Below are positions 24,025-37,640 of a DNA stretch of 64,000 nucleotides, piece by piece. The position numbers and the translations under genes were made by a program. The notes under the pieces are model-generated. The model was not told where the DNA came from. It did no database searches and saw only the letters and a list, made by a program, of their open reading frames with translations. The stretch's first letter is position 1. Each line of letters opens with the position of its first letter. The stretch comes from Torpedo marmorata (taxonomy: Eukaryota): assembly GCA_977017645.1 (NCBI GenBank), contig OZ360233.1, positions 21,328,001 through 21,392,000 on the forward strand. Direction: 5' to 3'.

Positions 24025-24431
24025 NNNNNNNNNNNNNNNNNNNNNNNNNNNNNNNNNNNNNNNNNNNNNNNNNNNNNNNNNNNNNNNNNNNNNNNNNNNN
24101 NNNNNNNNNNNNNNNNNNNNNNNNNNNNNNNNNNNNNNNNNNNNNNNNNNNNNNNNNNNNNNNNNNNNNNNNNNNNNNNNNNNNNNNNNNNNNNNNNNNN
24201 NNNNNNNNNNNNNNNNNNNNNNNNNNNNNNNNNNNNNNNNNNNNNNNNNNNNNNNNNNNNNNNNNNNNNNNNNNNNNNNNNNNNNNNNNNNNNNNNNNNN
24301 NNNNNNNNNNNNNNNNNNNNNNNNNNNNNNNNNNNNNNNNNNNNNNNNNNNNNNNNNNNNNNNNNNNNNNNNNNNNNNNNNNNNNNNNNNNNNNNNNNNN
24401 NNNNNNNNNNNNNNNNNNNNNNNNNNNNNNN
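24025..24431. other. Assembly gap (407 N)
   Basis: Run of N in intron 2 of the C gene. Confidence 1.
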
Positions 24432-24923
24432 AGAAAGAGTGGCGGGTGGAGGAGAGAAGCAGATGGGATAGCTAGTTAAGACAGACAAATTAACAGAGTA
24501 CTTTGGAGAATAAGTAAAAAATCAAGCCTACAGTGGGTGTTAATGAAGGGTTGTACCAAAACTTCCACAATGTCCTTTCCTACCAGACACGCTGCTCGCT
24601 GCTTGATTCGCTGAATTCCTCCAGAATGTGGTTTTACCTATCCTCCAGATTGCAGCATCTGCAGTGTCTTGTGTCGTTCCGAGAGTCTAATGAGAAGAGA
24701 AGGAAATTTCATGAGAAAGGCGTCCATATGCATAGATTGGTCGAGGAGTATACAAACAGACAAGCATATACTTAATTAAAGCAATACTTACTGAGATCGT
24801 CAGACAAGATTATGAGAGTTAGGGAATGAAGGGCAGCAGTTTTCCACTGCAGGGAAATTAATGTTGTTGCGAAACAAGCATCCACTGGAGCTTGATAGAT
24901 TGTTTATTTTGACATCATTACAG

Positions 24924-25033
24924 ATATATCGGAGACGAATTTTATGTCTTTGACGGTCATGGGGCTACGAATTCTCTTTTTTAAGAGCGTCGCGTTCAAC
25001 ATCTTGATGACGGCCAGAGCCTGGGTCTTCTGA
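24924..25033 (+). CDS. TRDC: TCR delta constant exon 3 (transmembrane + short cytoplasmic tail)
   Basis: TTACAG acceptor; (D)ISETNFMSLTVMGLRILFFKSVAFNILMTARAWVF*; alpha/delta-type TM with R and K for CD3 assembly; stop TGA 25031-25033, then G|GTGAG donor. Confidence 0.92.
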
Positions 25034-25531
25034 GGTGAGGCTGACCGACCCAAATGCACATGACAAAGACATGGTTTTAAAATAAATCTTGAACACACGT
25101 TCGCGTCTTCATCCGACGAAATATCCTCTGCACCCCTGTGAGGTCAAGCTGTGAACACAGCATTGAAATACTTTCAAGAATGGCGGGTTTACCTTCTGAA
25201 GGCATATTGGTAGAATAGCTCTGTCCTCGCTGGTGGAGAGGAGAATGTGAGCTCATAAATTCATAGAGATACGCCGCACGAAAGAGCCCATTCGGCTCAA
25301 CTGATACAAACTGAATAGTTTGAATACCTATCCGAGCTCGTCCCATTTTCTGCGTTTTGCTCATACCCCTTGTACCCTGTCCGTACATGTTTAAATGCCT
25401 TTCAAACGTCGTAATTAACCCCGCCTACATACATTCTTCTGACAGCTCATTCCACATACCCGCCACCCTCTGTCAGATCTCACTGAAATCTATAGAATTC
25501 CAACGATGCAGGGGAGATGTTTTCTCTGGTT

Positions 25532-26164
25532 TTTTTATATATTATTTTAAATTTTTAATCACATGTTTACAAACTTCAAAATTATCAAACTACATGTGAT
25601 ATATTTTCACCCTACCCCCCCTCCCCTCCCCCTCCATAACCCACCCACCCCCACTATTCTAATAAAATAAATAAAAAGAGAGAGAATAAAAGAAAGAATA
25701 GAATGTGGAGAATGTCAATGTTAAAGGAAAAAACAACTATACATTGATTTTATTGTAGAACACGGGTTCGCCACTCAGATCTGATATCAAGAGCTCTTCA
25801 AATCTTTAAAACTACAGTTTTTATATAAGGACTCCAAACCCTCAAAAATAAATGAGACTTATTACGTAAATTATAAGTAATTTTTCAAGTGGTATGCATG
25901 AACGAAGTTCTGCATGCCATCTTTCTAATCATAAATCTACATCGGATTTTCATGTAATAGCAATGCATTTCTTTGAAACAGCTAAAGCAATTCGCAAAAA
26001 TTCTATTTGGTACATATTTAATCTCATTTTAATACTAATTCTTTTAATATCTCCAAATATAAATATCATAGGGTTCAATGGGAGTGTAATTCTTAATACT
26101 TTATCTAAAAACTTTTTAACTTTCAACCAGAAAACATGTATCTTTGGACAAAGCCACGTAGAAT
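25532..26164 (-). mobile_element. 5'-truncated L1-clade LINE with target-site duplication
   Basis: HSTWLC…ALAVSKKCIAIT ORF2 C-terminus; TSD GATGTTTTCTCTGGTT at 25516-25531 and 26165-26180; same family as 51655-52130. Confidence 0.85.
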
Positions 26165-27686
26165 GATGTTTTCTCTGGTTGAAGTCTCTGAACCCATGAA
26201 TCAAGGACCCAGAATAACGTTCTAAGGTTTACAACATTTAGGATGGTGCAAGTAAAAGTGGAGAATATTTGCTATTCCGGGCCAGGAAGGGAATGGATTC
26301 TCAGTCGTTGTTCATTTAAATCCGTTTGGTTTTCTGGTGATGACGGACTCAAGAATAGAGGAGCGCACTGGAAAATGGAGTTGAAGAGAATAGCGATGAA
26401 CTTGACGAATGGCGGTCTATCCGTTTTCAGAATGCTTATGATTTGATGCCACCATAGCATTTTGCGGAATTCAAGTTCGAAAGACACTTGTTGCCACGTA
26501 GGCTGCAAACCACTGAAAACTCATCCAATGGTGTATGTCATAATGTCGAAAATACCATACGATACATAAAACAAACTCTTGGTCGTTGGAGTAAAAGTGT
26601 TGTGCTGGTAAGAGGGAATATACCAAGTATGGTTTGATCCCGAGATCAAAGGAAGCGCTCCCGCCCCCAATGGCACACCTCGCAGAGCTGCTGCCTCACA
26701 TCTCCTGATTCAATCCTGCTGTGTTTCCAAATCCTCTCTTTGACTGCATGAGTTTCTCGCGCGTGGTGCCGTTTCCTACAACGTCCCAGTGGCGTTCGTG
26801 TTGTTTCGCTCGTTGGCGCTGTATCTCGCGTTAAGGACGCAGGTGAGTGGTGGAAACTGGTGTGGGTGGAAGGCGAGAGAAATTGATGAAATTAGTGGTG
26901 AATAAAATGGGTTAAAGTAGGATTGCTAAAATTTTAAAACACAAGGCAGTCCGTGGATGCTGTAAGCGAAAGCTAAGCACAACCAGCTGAACAACAGCGG
27001 GTAAAGCAGCAGCAGTGGAAGAACATGAATGGTCGACGTTTCGAGCAGAAACCCTTTATCCATACAGGGGTTCCACTGACGATGCTCGACCCGCTGAGTT
27101 CGTCCAGAGGAGTACGTTTAGCTTGATGTAAATGGGCGTTTGATGCTTAGCGTGCAATAGGTAGGCTGAATGATCTCTTTCCGTTGTGTATTTCGCTGAA
27201 TGTCTGGGTGTTCTGCGAATTGTCAATGCCCACAATACTGAGTGACATGTGTCAGGTAAAGATATCGAGTGCCCAGACCTTTCATGTGTTCTGGAATTGT
27301 GGAAATGCATCGGGAGAGAGAACCAAAATATCCTTACATTTTATGCCCCGAACGTCAGAACATCAAACGTTTTGGAATCATTGGGACCTAACAAGATAGA
27401 GAGACAAATGTTTTCACTCAAAACCTAAATGTGTTTTTAATTCGTAATGCCGTCTCATTCCTCCCGCTCTAGCCAAAGGCGCTTCTGTGTTTATACCGAA
27501 GATGAATTCTCTCCGCTGGAACGGATTCCTGCTTCAACACAACCCGCTGGGAATTCAGTGCTGGAGTCTTGACATCTCAACTGCGAAACTTCGCTTCATG
27601 CAGAACATAAGATTCGAAATTATTGATCCAATAATTCGTAGGCGCAGCCACATTATATCTTCTGGATAATTATTATTTATTTACAG

Positions 27687-28135
27687 GCATGAATTGGCTT
27701 TTAAATGTTTGGTGGAAGTCTAATAACTTGTATTCACCAAACAAAATGAATTACTTGCATGAGCCCAATAGATGCATACGTGTAGAACGCAGCGTCATCT
27801 CTCAATGTTTACTCTGGAAGATATATTTTAAATCACATTTCATATTCAGTTCATATATATATCGATTTTTTTTGCTTTATTGTCGTTATACAATCTTACA
27901 ACTCAAAATGAGCATATTCAATTTATTATGCTCGTACTGGTTATTTGTAGGGGCAAGCCAATATAATTTTATCTTCTACCCTATCCACAAAGGTCCCGAT
28001 TTTTCCATCGTCTTGCATAGAATTCGATCATTGCATTACAAATTGCATTTGACTTTATTTTATTTTATTGAATATCGTTGTATAACTTCTTTGCTCTTTT
28101 AATTGCAATTATTAATAAATGCACAATTTTAACGA
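27687..28135 (+). other. TRDC: Probable TRDC exon 4 (3'UTR)
   Basis: The donor 1 nt after the exon 3 stop implies a separate UTR exon, as in mammalian TRAC/TRDC; acceptor TATTTATTTACAG ends 27686; AT-rich unique sequence; AATAAA at 28114-28119; 3' end approximate. Confidence 0.55.
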
Positions 28136-29189
28136 TGCATGGTTTCCATTTATCTCCAGTATAATTGGATTTGCATTAATCAAAGGGGACAAAATCCGAT
28201 ATTTCGAGTGGATGCAATCTACTGAGGCATATTGGTTGCCTTGAGAAGATTGGAGTTTAGTTCTTAATGGACGGGAGTGGTAATATTGAACCACGATCTT
28301 CTATCTTCTACCGAAGGTTGTCCCACTGGCCTGTCGTATGGAGAGATGCAGGACCTAAATGCAACCATGATTTTTACAAGTCGGATAGTGGGCAACTTCG
28401 CAGAGCAGTTGAGCTAGTAGTCTCCCCGTGCTCTTGCTTTCCAATGCAAGATGGGACAGGTTCTGTGGCGACTGATGGAGTCGCCTCGCACAATTGCTCT
28501 AGTGCATTATGTAATGTTCCACACACTGCAAACACTGTACGCAGGTGGTAGAGTGCGAGCCATTTGAATGATGGACAATGAATATATTTCGTGAATGGAG
28601 TCAAGCCTCTTGAATGCATTTGGACATGCACAAGGTAACATTCGCATTGAACTCAATAGAAAGCCTCCACCTCCCCTCCTCTACCCTTTGAAAATAACGT
28701 TTCCAGCATTTCATATCTCTCTAAATAAACTGTAGATTCAGTAACTTCCAACATACAACTTCACTTTCGACACCCTCCCACAAATTAACGTCCTCATTTA
28801 TATCTGGTATAAAGAAGACTCCGTGAAAAAAAATCGATCAGCGTAGTTAACATAAAGTCACAAAACAATATTGTCATACATAAGGAGACCATTCGGCCAG
28901 TTTAAGCAGCGACAACGCATGATCCCAGCAGTCCTTCTCCATATGCCCGCAGGTTACGTTCCCTCAATTGCCATGTATCATGATCAGCTACTTCTTCTGT
29001 TGGCACTCAACAAGTCCCCTGACATAAAAATGCAACCGTCACATCTTCCCTTCCCCTTTCGCCAATTTTCATGAACGGGTCGTTTCTCAAATTACATACG
29101 AGCGGCAATACCTTCCTCGTCCACCCAAAGTAATCCAATAACGGATTATTATTATGTGAATGGCGGAAGGTTGCTGCATGCTGTTGCGC

Positions 29190-29900
29190 ACGGAGACTTG
29201 AGAATGTTTGTGCATGAACCGCAAAAGTTTGGTTTCCTGGTCTGACAGGTAATTAAGAAGGCAAATGGAATCTTGGCCTTCATTGCCAGAGGAATTGAAT
29301 TGAAGAACAGGGAGGTACTACTGCAATGGTTTAGGATATCAGTGAGGCTGCACCCGGTGTACTACGTGCAGTTCTAGTCTCCCTACCTGAGAGAGTACAT
29401 ACTGGCATTGGATACAGTGCAAAGGACGTTCACCAGGTTGATTCCTGAGGTGAGGGGGTTCGCCCCGGAGTAGGGAGTGAATCGCCTGGGATAGCACTCG
29501 CTGGAATTTAGAATAATGAGAGGGGATATTATGAAATCATATAAGATTCTGAAAGGAAAAGATAAGGCAGAAGGAGATAAGTTCGTTCCGCTGGCATCTG
29601 TGCCGATAATTATGGGATATGGGCTCCAGTTTCAGGGAATAGATTTAAGACAAATGAGAAACTGTATTGTCCAAGAGAATGGTGGATCAGTGGAATTCTC
29701 TGCCCAAGGAAGACAAGCTGGTTGCCTCACTAAATATATTTAAGGCGCAGTCAGATGGACGTTTGCATAGTGGAAGAATTAAGGGTTACGTGGGAGAGGC
29801 AGGAGCTGAGTCAGCGGTCAGATCAGCTGTGATATTTTGAATGACACAGCAGGATCGAATGGAAAGATGGCCTATTCCTGCTCCTTTGTCTTATGTCTTT
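29190..29900 (+). mobile_element. Old CR1 LINE 3' fragment
   Basis: aagaaggcaaatggaatcttggccttcatt…MRGDIMKSYKILKG…gatggcctattcctgctcct CR1 3' end. Confidence 0.7.
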
Positions 29901-30029
29901 TTGTTCTCATGACATTGCATCACTTTAAAACTCTGTTTCAACTTTGATTTTTTTTCCCCAAAGAAAACAAGCGGCAACGCTCGGCTCTGAAGCGTTTGGT
30001 TAACCCAGGTTTATATAATAAGATTAATA

Positions 30030-30258
30030 CGTAACAGGCCATTTCGGCCCACGAGTCCGTGCCGCCCAATTTACACCCAATTAGCCTACACCCCCGGTAC
30101 GTTTCGACCGGTGGGAGGAAACCGGAGCCCCCGGGGAAAACCCACGCAGACACGGGGAGAACGTACCAACTCCTTACAGACAGCGCGGGATTCGAACCCC
30201 GGTCCCGGTCGCTGGCGCTGTTGCAGCATTGCGCTAACCGCTACACTAACCGTGGCAC
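30030..30258 (-). mobile_element. tRNA-derived SINE, near full length
   Basis: Near-identical to the SINEs at 9270-9506 and 63055-63310. Confidence 0.85.
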
Positions 30259-31365
30259 CCTTCTTCTTTTAAACAATGCTTGTAAATCCAGTGAGCTCTC
30301 TGCCAATCTTCAATCCCACACTAAACCGTGGCTATCAGTTGCAGAATAAATATTGCTGTTGTGGATTTACATGTGTCTTTTAAAAATTCCACATATTTTT
30401 GAATCTCAGGATCCCATGTGCATCAATAACCATTTCATCGACATGCCCTACTCTGGTTACAAATCATTGTCCACGTATAACCTGACAATTTAATTCCTGT
30501 TTGTCATTCCGTATTATCCTGATAGGTCTACTTGATTTGTGCAACAATATTGCACCACACTTTTCCATACTGAAACTTCATTTGCCAATCGCTTATCCAG
30601 TTTCAACCTATCGCTGTGCTTTTGCAGTGAAACACGAAAGCTTGAAGAAGGTCTCAGGCCCGAAACGTTGTTTATATATCTTTACCTCCTTTGGACGCTG
30701 CGTGATATGTTGTGTTCCTCCGTAATTTTTGTGTTGTTGCTGCCCTTTTGGTGGTTATTACTATCCTCCTGACAGTTGGATGGCCTCCACTCATGGTGCC
30801 ATCGACAAATAGTGGATTTCGCCCCACATGTAGTAGTTATAAATTCATCGCTGATAATGCATTAACTTAAGGAGTTTCGGCTACTGACCCATTTATTTCA
30901 TGTGTCTCATTTGGACAAACGTGCACTTTTTGGGGCACTTTATCGAATGCATTCTGAAAATCGATGCATAGAGTGGGAATTACATTCCCTCCATTAACGT
31001 TCTCTGGTTCAATCGACCATGAACTGCCTTGGAGAAATCTCTGACAACTCTTCCTTAAAATCACAAGAAACATCAGCTGGGATGCAGGCTCCTCGAGCTT
31101 TCTCCATTATGCTCCAGGGTCATGACAGATGACGTATCTCAGCACGATCGTCATTCCCTGTCTCCATGTCCCTTGATTCAAGATTCAATTTGCCTGCTGC
31201 AAGGCAGACAGATTCGCCACCGGCAGAAATTGCCTAAGCGCCTCTAACATTCTTTACAGTCAGAGAAAGAGAAGCAAAAGAGAGTCCCCCCAGAGTCGCC
31301 GAGTATCCGTAGATTTGCCTCCAGCGCTTCCGCAGCCTCATCAGCCACACAGAGTCCTTTACTAG

Positions 31366-31367
<2 letters not shown>

Positions 31368-31409
<42 letters not shown>

Positions 31410-31519
31410 TTTAGGTAAGGTTGATCTTCACTATAAAATAGTGCTCAACACCTGAAGAGTGGAAAGATCCACGAAACAAGCTTGTCGGGCACATGTGAGT
31501 AGTGTGCTTTTCTGTTTAC

Positions 31520-31555
<36 letters not shown>
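31368..31555. repeat. Two (TA)n microsatellites
   Basis: TA runs at ~31368-31405 and ~31526-31555. Confidence 0.9.
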
Positions 31556-31558
<3 letters not shown>

Positions 31559-32525
31559 TCTCTGAAATTCAAACAGAAAATGCCTGATATTAAATGCCAG
31601 CAGGTACGGTAAGAGAAACAGAATTGGCGTTTCATGTCGACATCACTTCAACAGAAAATGCGAATGCTCTTCGACCTGAAATGTTAACTCCATGTCTCTT
31701 TCCAAGCAATGCTGTATGAACATGCTGAGGATTTACCACGTTATATTTTCTTCCAAATGTCCGGCATATTTATAGTTTTCGCTTTGATAAATCCACGACC
31801 ACGTTGTTCGTAACCAGTGTCGCAGCCTGCGAACTCCGTCTAGGGTAGAGAATTGCAAAGATCTTCAAACTTGTCAATCCAAAATCGCCCAATTTGAGAA
31901 CCGCATACACCCCCCAAATAACGTCAAGGAACAGTATATATTCCCCATTACTGTGTACATTCTTTTTGTACCATTCTATATGCAGTTTGGCCTGATCGAT
32001 ATCTGCTCGTCTGAACCATACTTCATCTGATCCAATTCAGATTGATCCTTAATCTGATCCAATCTGTCCCATGCCTTCACTCCATTTGTCTTTGTTTTAC
32101 CCAGCCCAAAGGTTCACGGGGTCTGGTAAGACATTTGACAAGGTCCCCATGGGAGACTCCTTCAGAAAGTCATGAGGCATGGGATCCAAGGAACCTTAGC
32201 AGTGTGCCTGTATAAAGCCGAGAGTAGTAGTGGACAGAAAGTATTCTGCCTGGAGGTCAGTGACCACTGGAGTTCCGTAGGGATTTATTCTGGGACACCT
32301 GCACTTTGTGCATTTTTAAAGACCTGGACGAAGAGGTAGAGGGATGGATCAAAACGTTTGCGGATGATACGATGGTTGGAGGTGTTGTGGATAGTGCTTA
32401 AGGCTGTCGTAGGTTACAATAGGATATGGACAGAATGCAGAGTTGGCGGAAAAGTGGCAGATGGTGTTCAATCCGAATACGTGTGAGGTGATGCATTTTA
32501 TAAGGTGAATCTTGAAGGCAGAATA

Positions 32526-35024
32526 TATAGAACATAGAACAATACAGCACAGTACAGGCCCTTCGGCCCTCGATGTTGTGCCGGACCATATATTCCTTCC
32601 TAAAAAGAAAGTACTAAACCCTCCCTACCCAACAACCCTCAAATTTTCTTTCATACATGTTTCAGCCTAAGAGTCTCTTAAATGCCCCCAATGTTTCAGC
32701 TTTCACCACCATCCCCGGCAAGGCAACCCAGGCACCCACAACTCTCTGTGTAAAAGCCTTACCCCTGATGTCTCCAATAAACTTCCGACCCTTACCTTTG
32801 CACATATGTCCTTTGGTGTTTGCTGATCCTGCAATAGGAAAAAAGATGTTGGCTGTCCACCCTATCTATGCCTCTCATAATCTTGTAGACCTCTATCAAG
32901 TCTCCTCTCATCCTTCACGCTCCAAAGTGAAAAGTCCCAGCTCTGCTAACCTTGCCTCATAAGACTTGTTTCCCAATCCAGGCCACATCCTGGTAAATCT
33001 CCTCTGCACCCTCTCCATAGCTTCCACATCCTTCCTATAATGAGGTGACCAGAACTGAACACAATACTCTCAGTGTGGTCTTACCAGAGATTTGTAGAGA
33101 TGTCACGTGACCTCTCTACTCCTGAATTCAATGCCTCTATTAATGAATCCCTGCATCCCATATGCCTTCTTAACTATCCTATCAACCTGTGCGGAGACCT
33201 CGAGGGATATATGGATTTGCACTCCAAGGTCCCTCTGTTCATCCACACAATTAAGTAACCGACTATTAACCCTGTACTCTGCCTTCTGGTTTGTCCTTCC
33301 AAAATGCATTACCTCACACTTATCCGGATTTAAATCCATCTACCACTTTTCTGCCCAACTCTGCATCCTGTCTATATCCTGTAGTAAACTTCGACAACCT
33401 TCAGCTCCATCCACAACTCCTCCAACCTTCGTGTCATCTGCAAACTTTCTGACCCATCCTTCCGCCTCTTCATCCAGGTCATTTATAAAAATCAAAAAGA
33501 GCAGGGGGCCCAGAATAGACCCTTGCGGCACTCCACTTGTCACCGACCTCCAGGCAGAATACTTTCCTTCCACTAATCATCTATGCTTTCTTCCTACAAG
33601 CCAATGTTTTATCCATACAGCCAATTTTCCACTGATCCCGTGATTCATTACTTTCTGGATGAGTCTCTCGTGGGGGACCTTATCAAATGCCTTGCTAAAA
33701 TCCTTGTGGACCACATCTACCGCCCTATCCTCATCAATTGCTTTTGTTACCTCCTCACAAAACTCAATTCTACTCGTGAGGCACGCCCTTCCCATCACAA
33801 AGCCATGCTGACTATCCTTGAGTAGACTGTTCTTCTCCAAATACTCATAGATCCTATCCTTAATAATCCTCCCCATCAGTTTACACACCACTGACGTAAG
33901 ACTCACTGGTCTATAATTCCCAGGATCCTGCCTATTACCTTTTTTTAAACAAGGGGACTACATTTGCCATTCTCCAATCCTCCTGCGGCCAAAGAGGATT
34001 CAAAGATCATAGCTACTGCCCCAGCTATCTCTTCTCTCACTTCCCTCAGCAGCCTCGGGTATATCGCGTCCGGGCCCGGGGACTTATAAATCTTGATGTT
34101 TTTAAGAAAATCCTACACTTCCTCTTCCTTAATCTCCACATTGTCCAGCACACAGGCCTGTTCAATTTAGACCTCACCCTGATAAAGGTCCATTTCTCTT
34201 GTGAATACTGACGCGAAGTATTAATTTAGGACCTCCCCAACTTCCTCTGCCTCCAGGCACAAGTTGCCACCCTTATCCTTTAGCGGCCCACTTTCGTTCT
34301 CGTCATCCTTCTTTTCTTCACATACGCATAGAACGCCTTGGGCATCTCCTTAATTATACAAGCCAAGGCCTTCTCATGCCCCCTTCGAGCTCTCCTAAGT
34401 CATTTCTTAAGCTCCTTCCTGCCTACCATATACTTCTCATGAGCCCGTCCTGTTTCCTGCTTCCTATATCAAATGTATGCTTCCTTCTTCCTCTTGACGT
34501 GTTGCCTGACCTGTTTCGTCAACCACGGTTCCTTTCCCTACCATATTTTCCTTGTCCCAGTGGGACAAACCTATCTTGAACCCTGCGCAAGTGGTCTCTA
34601 AACTTCCTCCACATTACTTCTGTGCTTTCACCCTTAAACATATGTTTCCAATTTATTCTCGCTCGTTCCTTCCTCATCCCTTCATAATTATCCCTTCCCC
34701 ATTTAAGTACTTTCCCAGTTTGACTGTTTATATCCTTTTCCATAGCTTTGTTGAAGCTAAGGGATTGTGGTCACTCTCACCAAAATTCTCCCCCACCGAG
34801 AGGTCCGCCACCTGACCAGGTTCATTCCCCAGAACCAGATCCAGTATGGCCTCTCCTCTAGTCGGCCGGTCCACATACTGTGTCAGGAATCCTACTTGTA
34901 CACACCTGACAAATTCAGCCCCATCTATCCCTCTTGCAGTCAGTAGGTGCCAGCCAATATTAGGGAAGTTGACATCACCCATAACGACAACCCTGTATTT
35001 CCCGCACCATTCCAAAATCTGCAT
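32526..35024 (-). mobile_element. CR1 LINE (endonuclease + RT), nested in a + strand CR1 (~32110-32525 and ~35025-35130)
   Basis: [51 protein letters not shown]; (catagaa)n tail at the left end. Confidence 0.9.
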
Positions 35025-35676
35025 GAAATAAAAATGGTGGGTTATGAGTCAGTGATGGTTTAGTTTATTTGTAACTATATATAGGTCGGCACAACATCGT
35101 GTGCTGCGCTGTAATGTTCTATGTTTCCGGGCCTGACAGGCGCGAGTTATTTGGAAAGCTTGGATACGCTGTTATTTTCCCTGCTGCGTGAGAGTCTGAA
35201 GGGTGGTTTCGTTGAGGTTTTATAAAATCATGCAGGCCTAGATAATGTGAATGGTGAAAGTCTTCTGGGTAGTAGAGTCTAAAAATAGAGAACATTCGTT
35301 TCGCAGAGAGAGTAGAAAGTAAGAAAAGGCCTGAGGGCTACCGAGATCACACAGGCTCTGGAGGATGTGTTGCAAGAACGGTACAATTACGACGTATAAA
35401 AGATACACAGAGAGGTGTATGGATAGAAAAGCTTCTGAAGGATTTAATGTAGCCTTAATTTAGGGAAGCAGCACGGTAATAGGCCCTTCTGGCACAGGGG
35501 TTCGCGCCGCACAACTACACCCATGTGACCAATAGGTGTATGAAATACTGAGCGAACGCAGGAAATGGGCCGAGATCAGGTGGATATTTTGGTCGGCATG
35601 GATGAGTTGTGACACTGAACCTGTTTCCATGATGTACAACTGTATGACTCCACAGACAATGAACTTAATTATTTCC

Positions 35677-36396
35677 TTCCCAGTCATCATGGTGTGCATC
35701 TTCCCAGTCATCATGGTGTGCATCTTCCCAGTCATCATGGTGTGCATCTTCCCAGGCATCATGGTGTGCATCTTCCCAGTCATCATGGTGTGCATCTTCC
35801 CAGTCATCATGGTGTGCATCTTCCCAGTCATCATGGTGTGCATCTTCCCAGTCATCATGGTGTGCATCTTCCCAGTCATCATGGTGTGCATCTTCCCAGT
35901 CATCATGGTGTGCATCTTCCCAGGCATCATGGTGTGCATCTTCCCAGTCATCATGGTGTGCATCTTCCCAGTCATCATGGTGTGCATCTTCCCAGTCATC
36001 ATGGTGTGCATCTTCCCAGGCATCATGGTGTGCATCTTCCCAGTCATCATGGTGTGCATCTTCCCAGGCATCATGGTGTGCATCTTCCCAGTCATCATGG
36101 TGTGCATCTTCCCAGTCATCATGGTGTGCATCTTCCCAGTCATCATGGTGTGCATCTTCCCAGTCATCATGGTGTGCATCTTCCCAGTCATCATGGTGTG
36201 CATCTTCCCAGGCATCATGGTGTGCATCTTCCCAGTCATCATGGTGTGCATCTTCCCAGTCATCATGGTGTGCATCTTCCCAGGCATCATGGTGTGCATC
36301 TTCCCAGTCATCATGGTGTGCATCTTCCCAGTCATCATGGTGTGCATCTTCCCAGTCATCATGGTGTGCATCTTCCCAGTCATCATGGTGTGCATC
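35677..36396. repeat. Minisatellite, 30 copies of 24 bp TTCCCAG(T/G)CATCATGGTGTGCATC
   Basis: Exact tandem array; six units (4, 11, 15, 17, 23, 26) carry the G variant; no spacers. Confidence 0.97.
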
Positions 36397-37449
36397 TTCT
36401 GAAGCCTTAACTGTTTCTATTCCCTGTGTGACCTGCTGAGGTCTCCTGTAAATGTACATTTTTCTGCATATCCTTTAACATTCTTATCCTACCAGTACTT
36501 TGGGAACACAGCATTACAAATGCGGTTCCAATGTGACATTGGGTGCTGTCCATTTGGAATTTGCACGTTCTCCCTGTGACGCGTTGCTTTCCTCCAGATG
36601 TTCCACTTACACTCCACGTCCCAATCTATTGCAGCATTGTAGGCTAAATGACCAGCAGATGTAAATTGTTCCTGGTGATTAGATGAGTAGTGGAATCTGG
36701 TGGGAATTAATGAGAATGTTCAGATAGTTTTTAAAATTTGATTTAATGCTGGTTTGGTGTAAAAATGCAGTGGGGAGTCAGTGTGGAGTCGGTGGGATGA
36801 CTGGTTTGTTTAGCTACAGCTCTACCACTCTAAATCCAGCCTGCTGGGTAGATACCATCAATTTACCACTGATAATAATACACTGACCAAGAAACCTAAT
36901 ACCACGGTAACTGTCGCCATTAACCCAAGTCAACTCGTCCAATCACAGACATCCCTTGTTCTGCCGCCACCTTCCCTCCCGCTGATAATGAACTTGCATC
37001 TTATTCTCTCTTTACCAGAGTCGCAAATCTGGATCGTGGACTGTTTTCCTCTCTCCTATCCGCCGAGATTTTACAGCATGTTTATGCTTTGTTTCAGATT
37101 TACAGATTCTACTGGAGTGTTGTAACTGAATTTACTCAGCTCTGGGTGTACTTTATTTTTTTCTTGATTATTATTTATATCATGGACACAACGTTTCAAT
37201 TAAACAGAATTTTGCGATTATAAAATGGCCTTTGACTACATACTTCTTTGAACAAGCAGATTAAAGGCTAGTGCTATTGCTTCGGAACTATTTTGTTAAT
37301 TAATTATTAAGTTATTTGACAGACACAAGCTTCTGAGGACTGGACCTGCTCGAGATTTAGATGCTGAAAGTACATGGCAAACCTCACTTTAACATAAACC
37401 AGCATCAGGGCGTTAAGCAGCACTGAACGTTTCGTCAACAACAATGCGC

Positions 37450-37640
37450 TGATAAGGAGATGTCTCTTGATTGGCGGAACCAGAAGCCAGATTTCCATGA
37501 CAACCAACGGCAGCAGGAAATGTGTTGGAGGTGCGGTTTCTCAGACGCGATAGCAGAATGAGTAGGTTTGCACAAACAGGGAAACTGTGGTTTCATCTCC
37601 TCCAACAGAAAAGAGAGAAGCGAGGTGGCAGTTAAGTGAA
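37450..37640 (+). promoter_or_regulatory. Candidate T-cell enhancer/promoter 3' of C-delta
   Basis: TGATAA (GATA, 37450), ATTGG (CCAAT, 37470), CAACGG (Myb, 37505), CAGGAAAT (Ets, 37514), TGCGGT and TGTGGT (Runx, 37532 and 37586), CAGTTA (Myb, 37629) in non-repetitive DNA; motif evidence only. Confidence 0.4.

Noticed and set aside
23952-24488. ORFs of 178 and 153 aa
   Set aside because: They consist almost entirely of N-gap codons.
22308-25033. Assignment as TCR alpha constant
   Set aside because: The TM fits alpha or delta, but the EFYPK.I and TC...H motifs and only a few J segments in 22 kb upstream favour delta. Not excluded without phylogeny.
27689-28102. 137-aa hydrophobic ORF
   Set aside because: It coincides with the AT-rich probable 3'UTR exon of the C gene and has no recognisable motifs.
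35460-36459. Long ORFs (311, 288, 264 and 238 aa) and a possible CRISPR-like array
   Set aside because: These are artefacts of a stop-free 24-bp tandem repeat. The units abut with no unique spacers, and the DNA is vertebrate.
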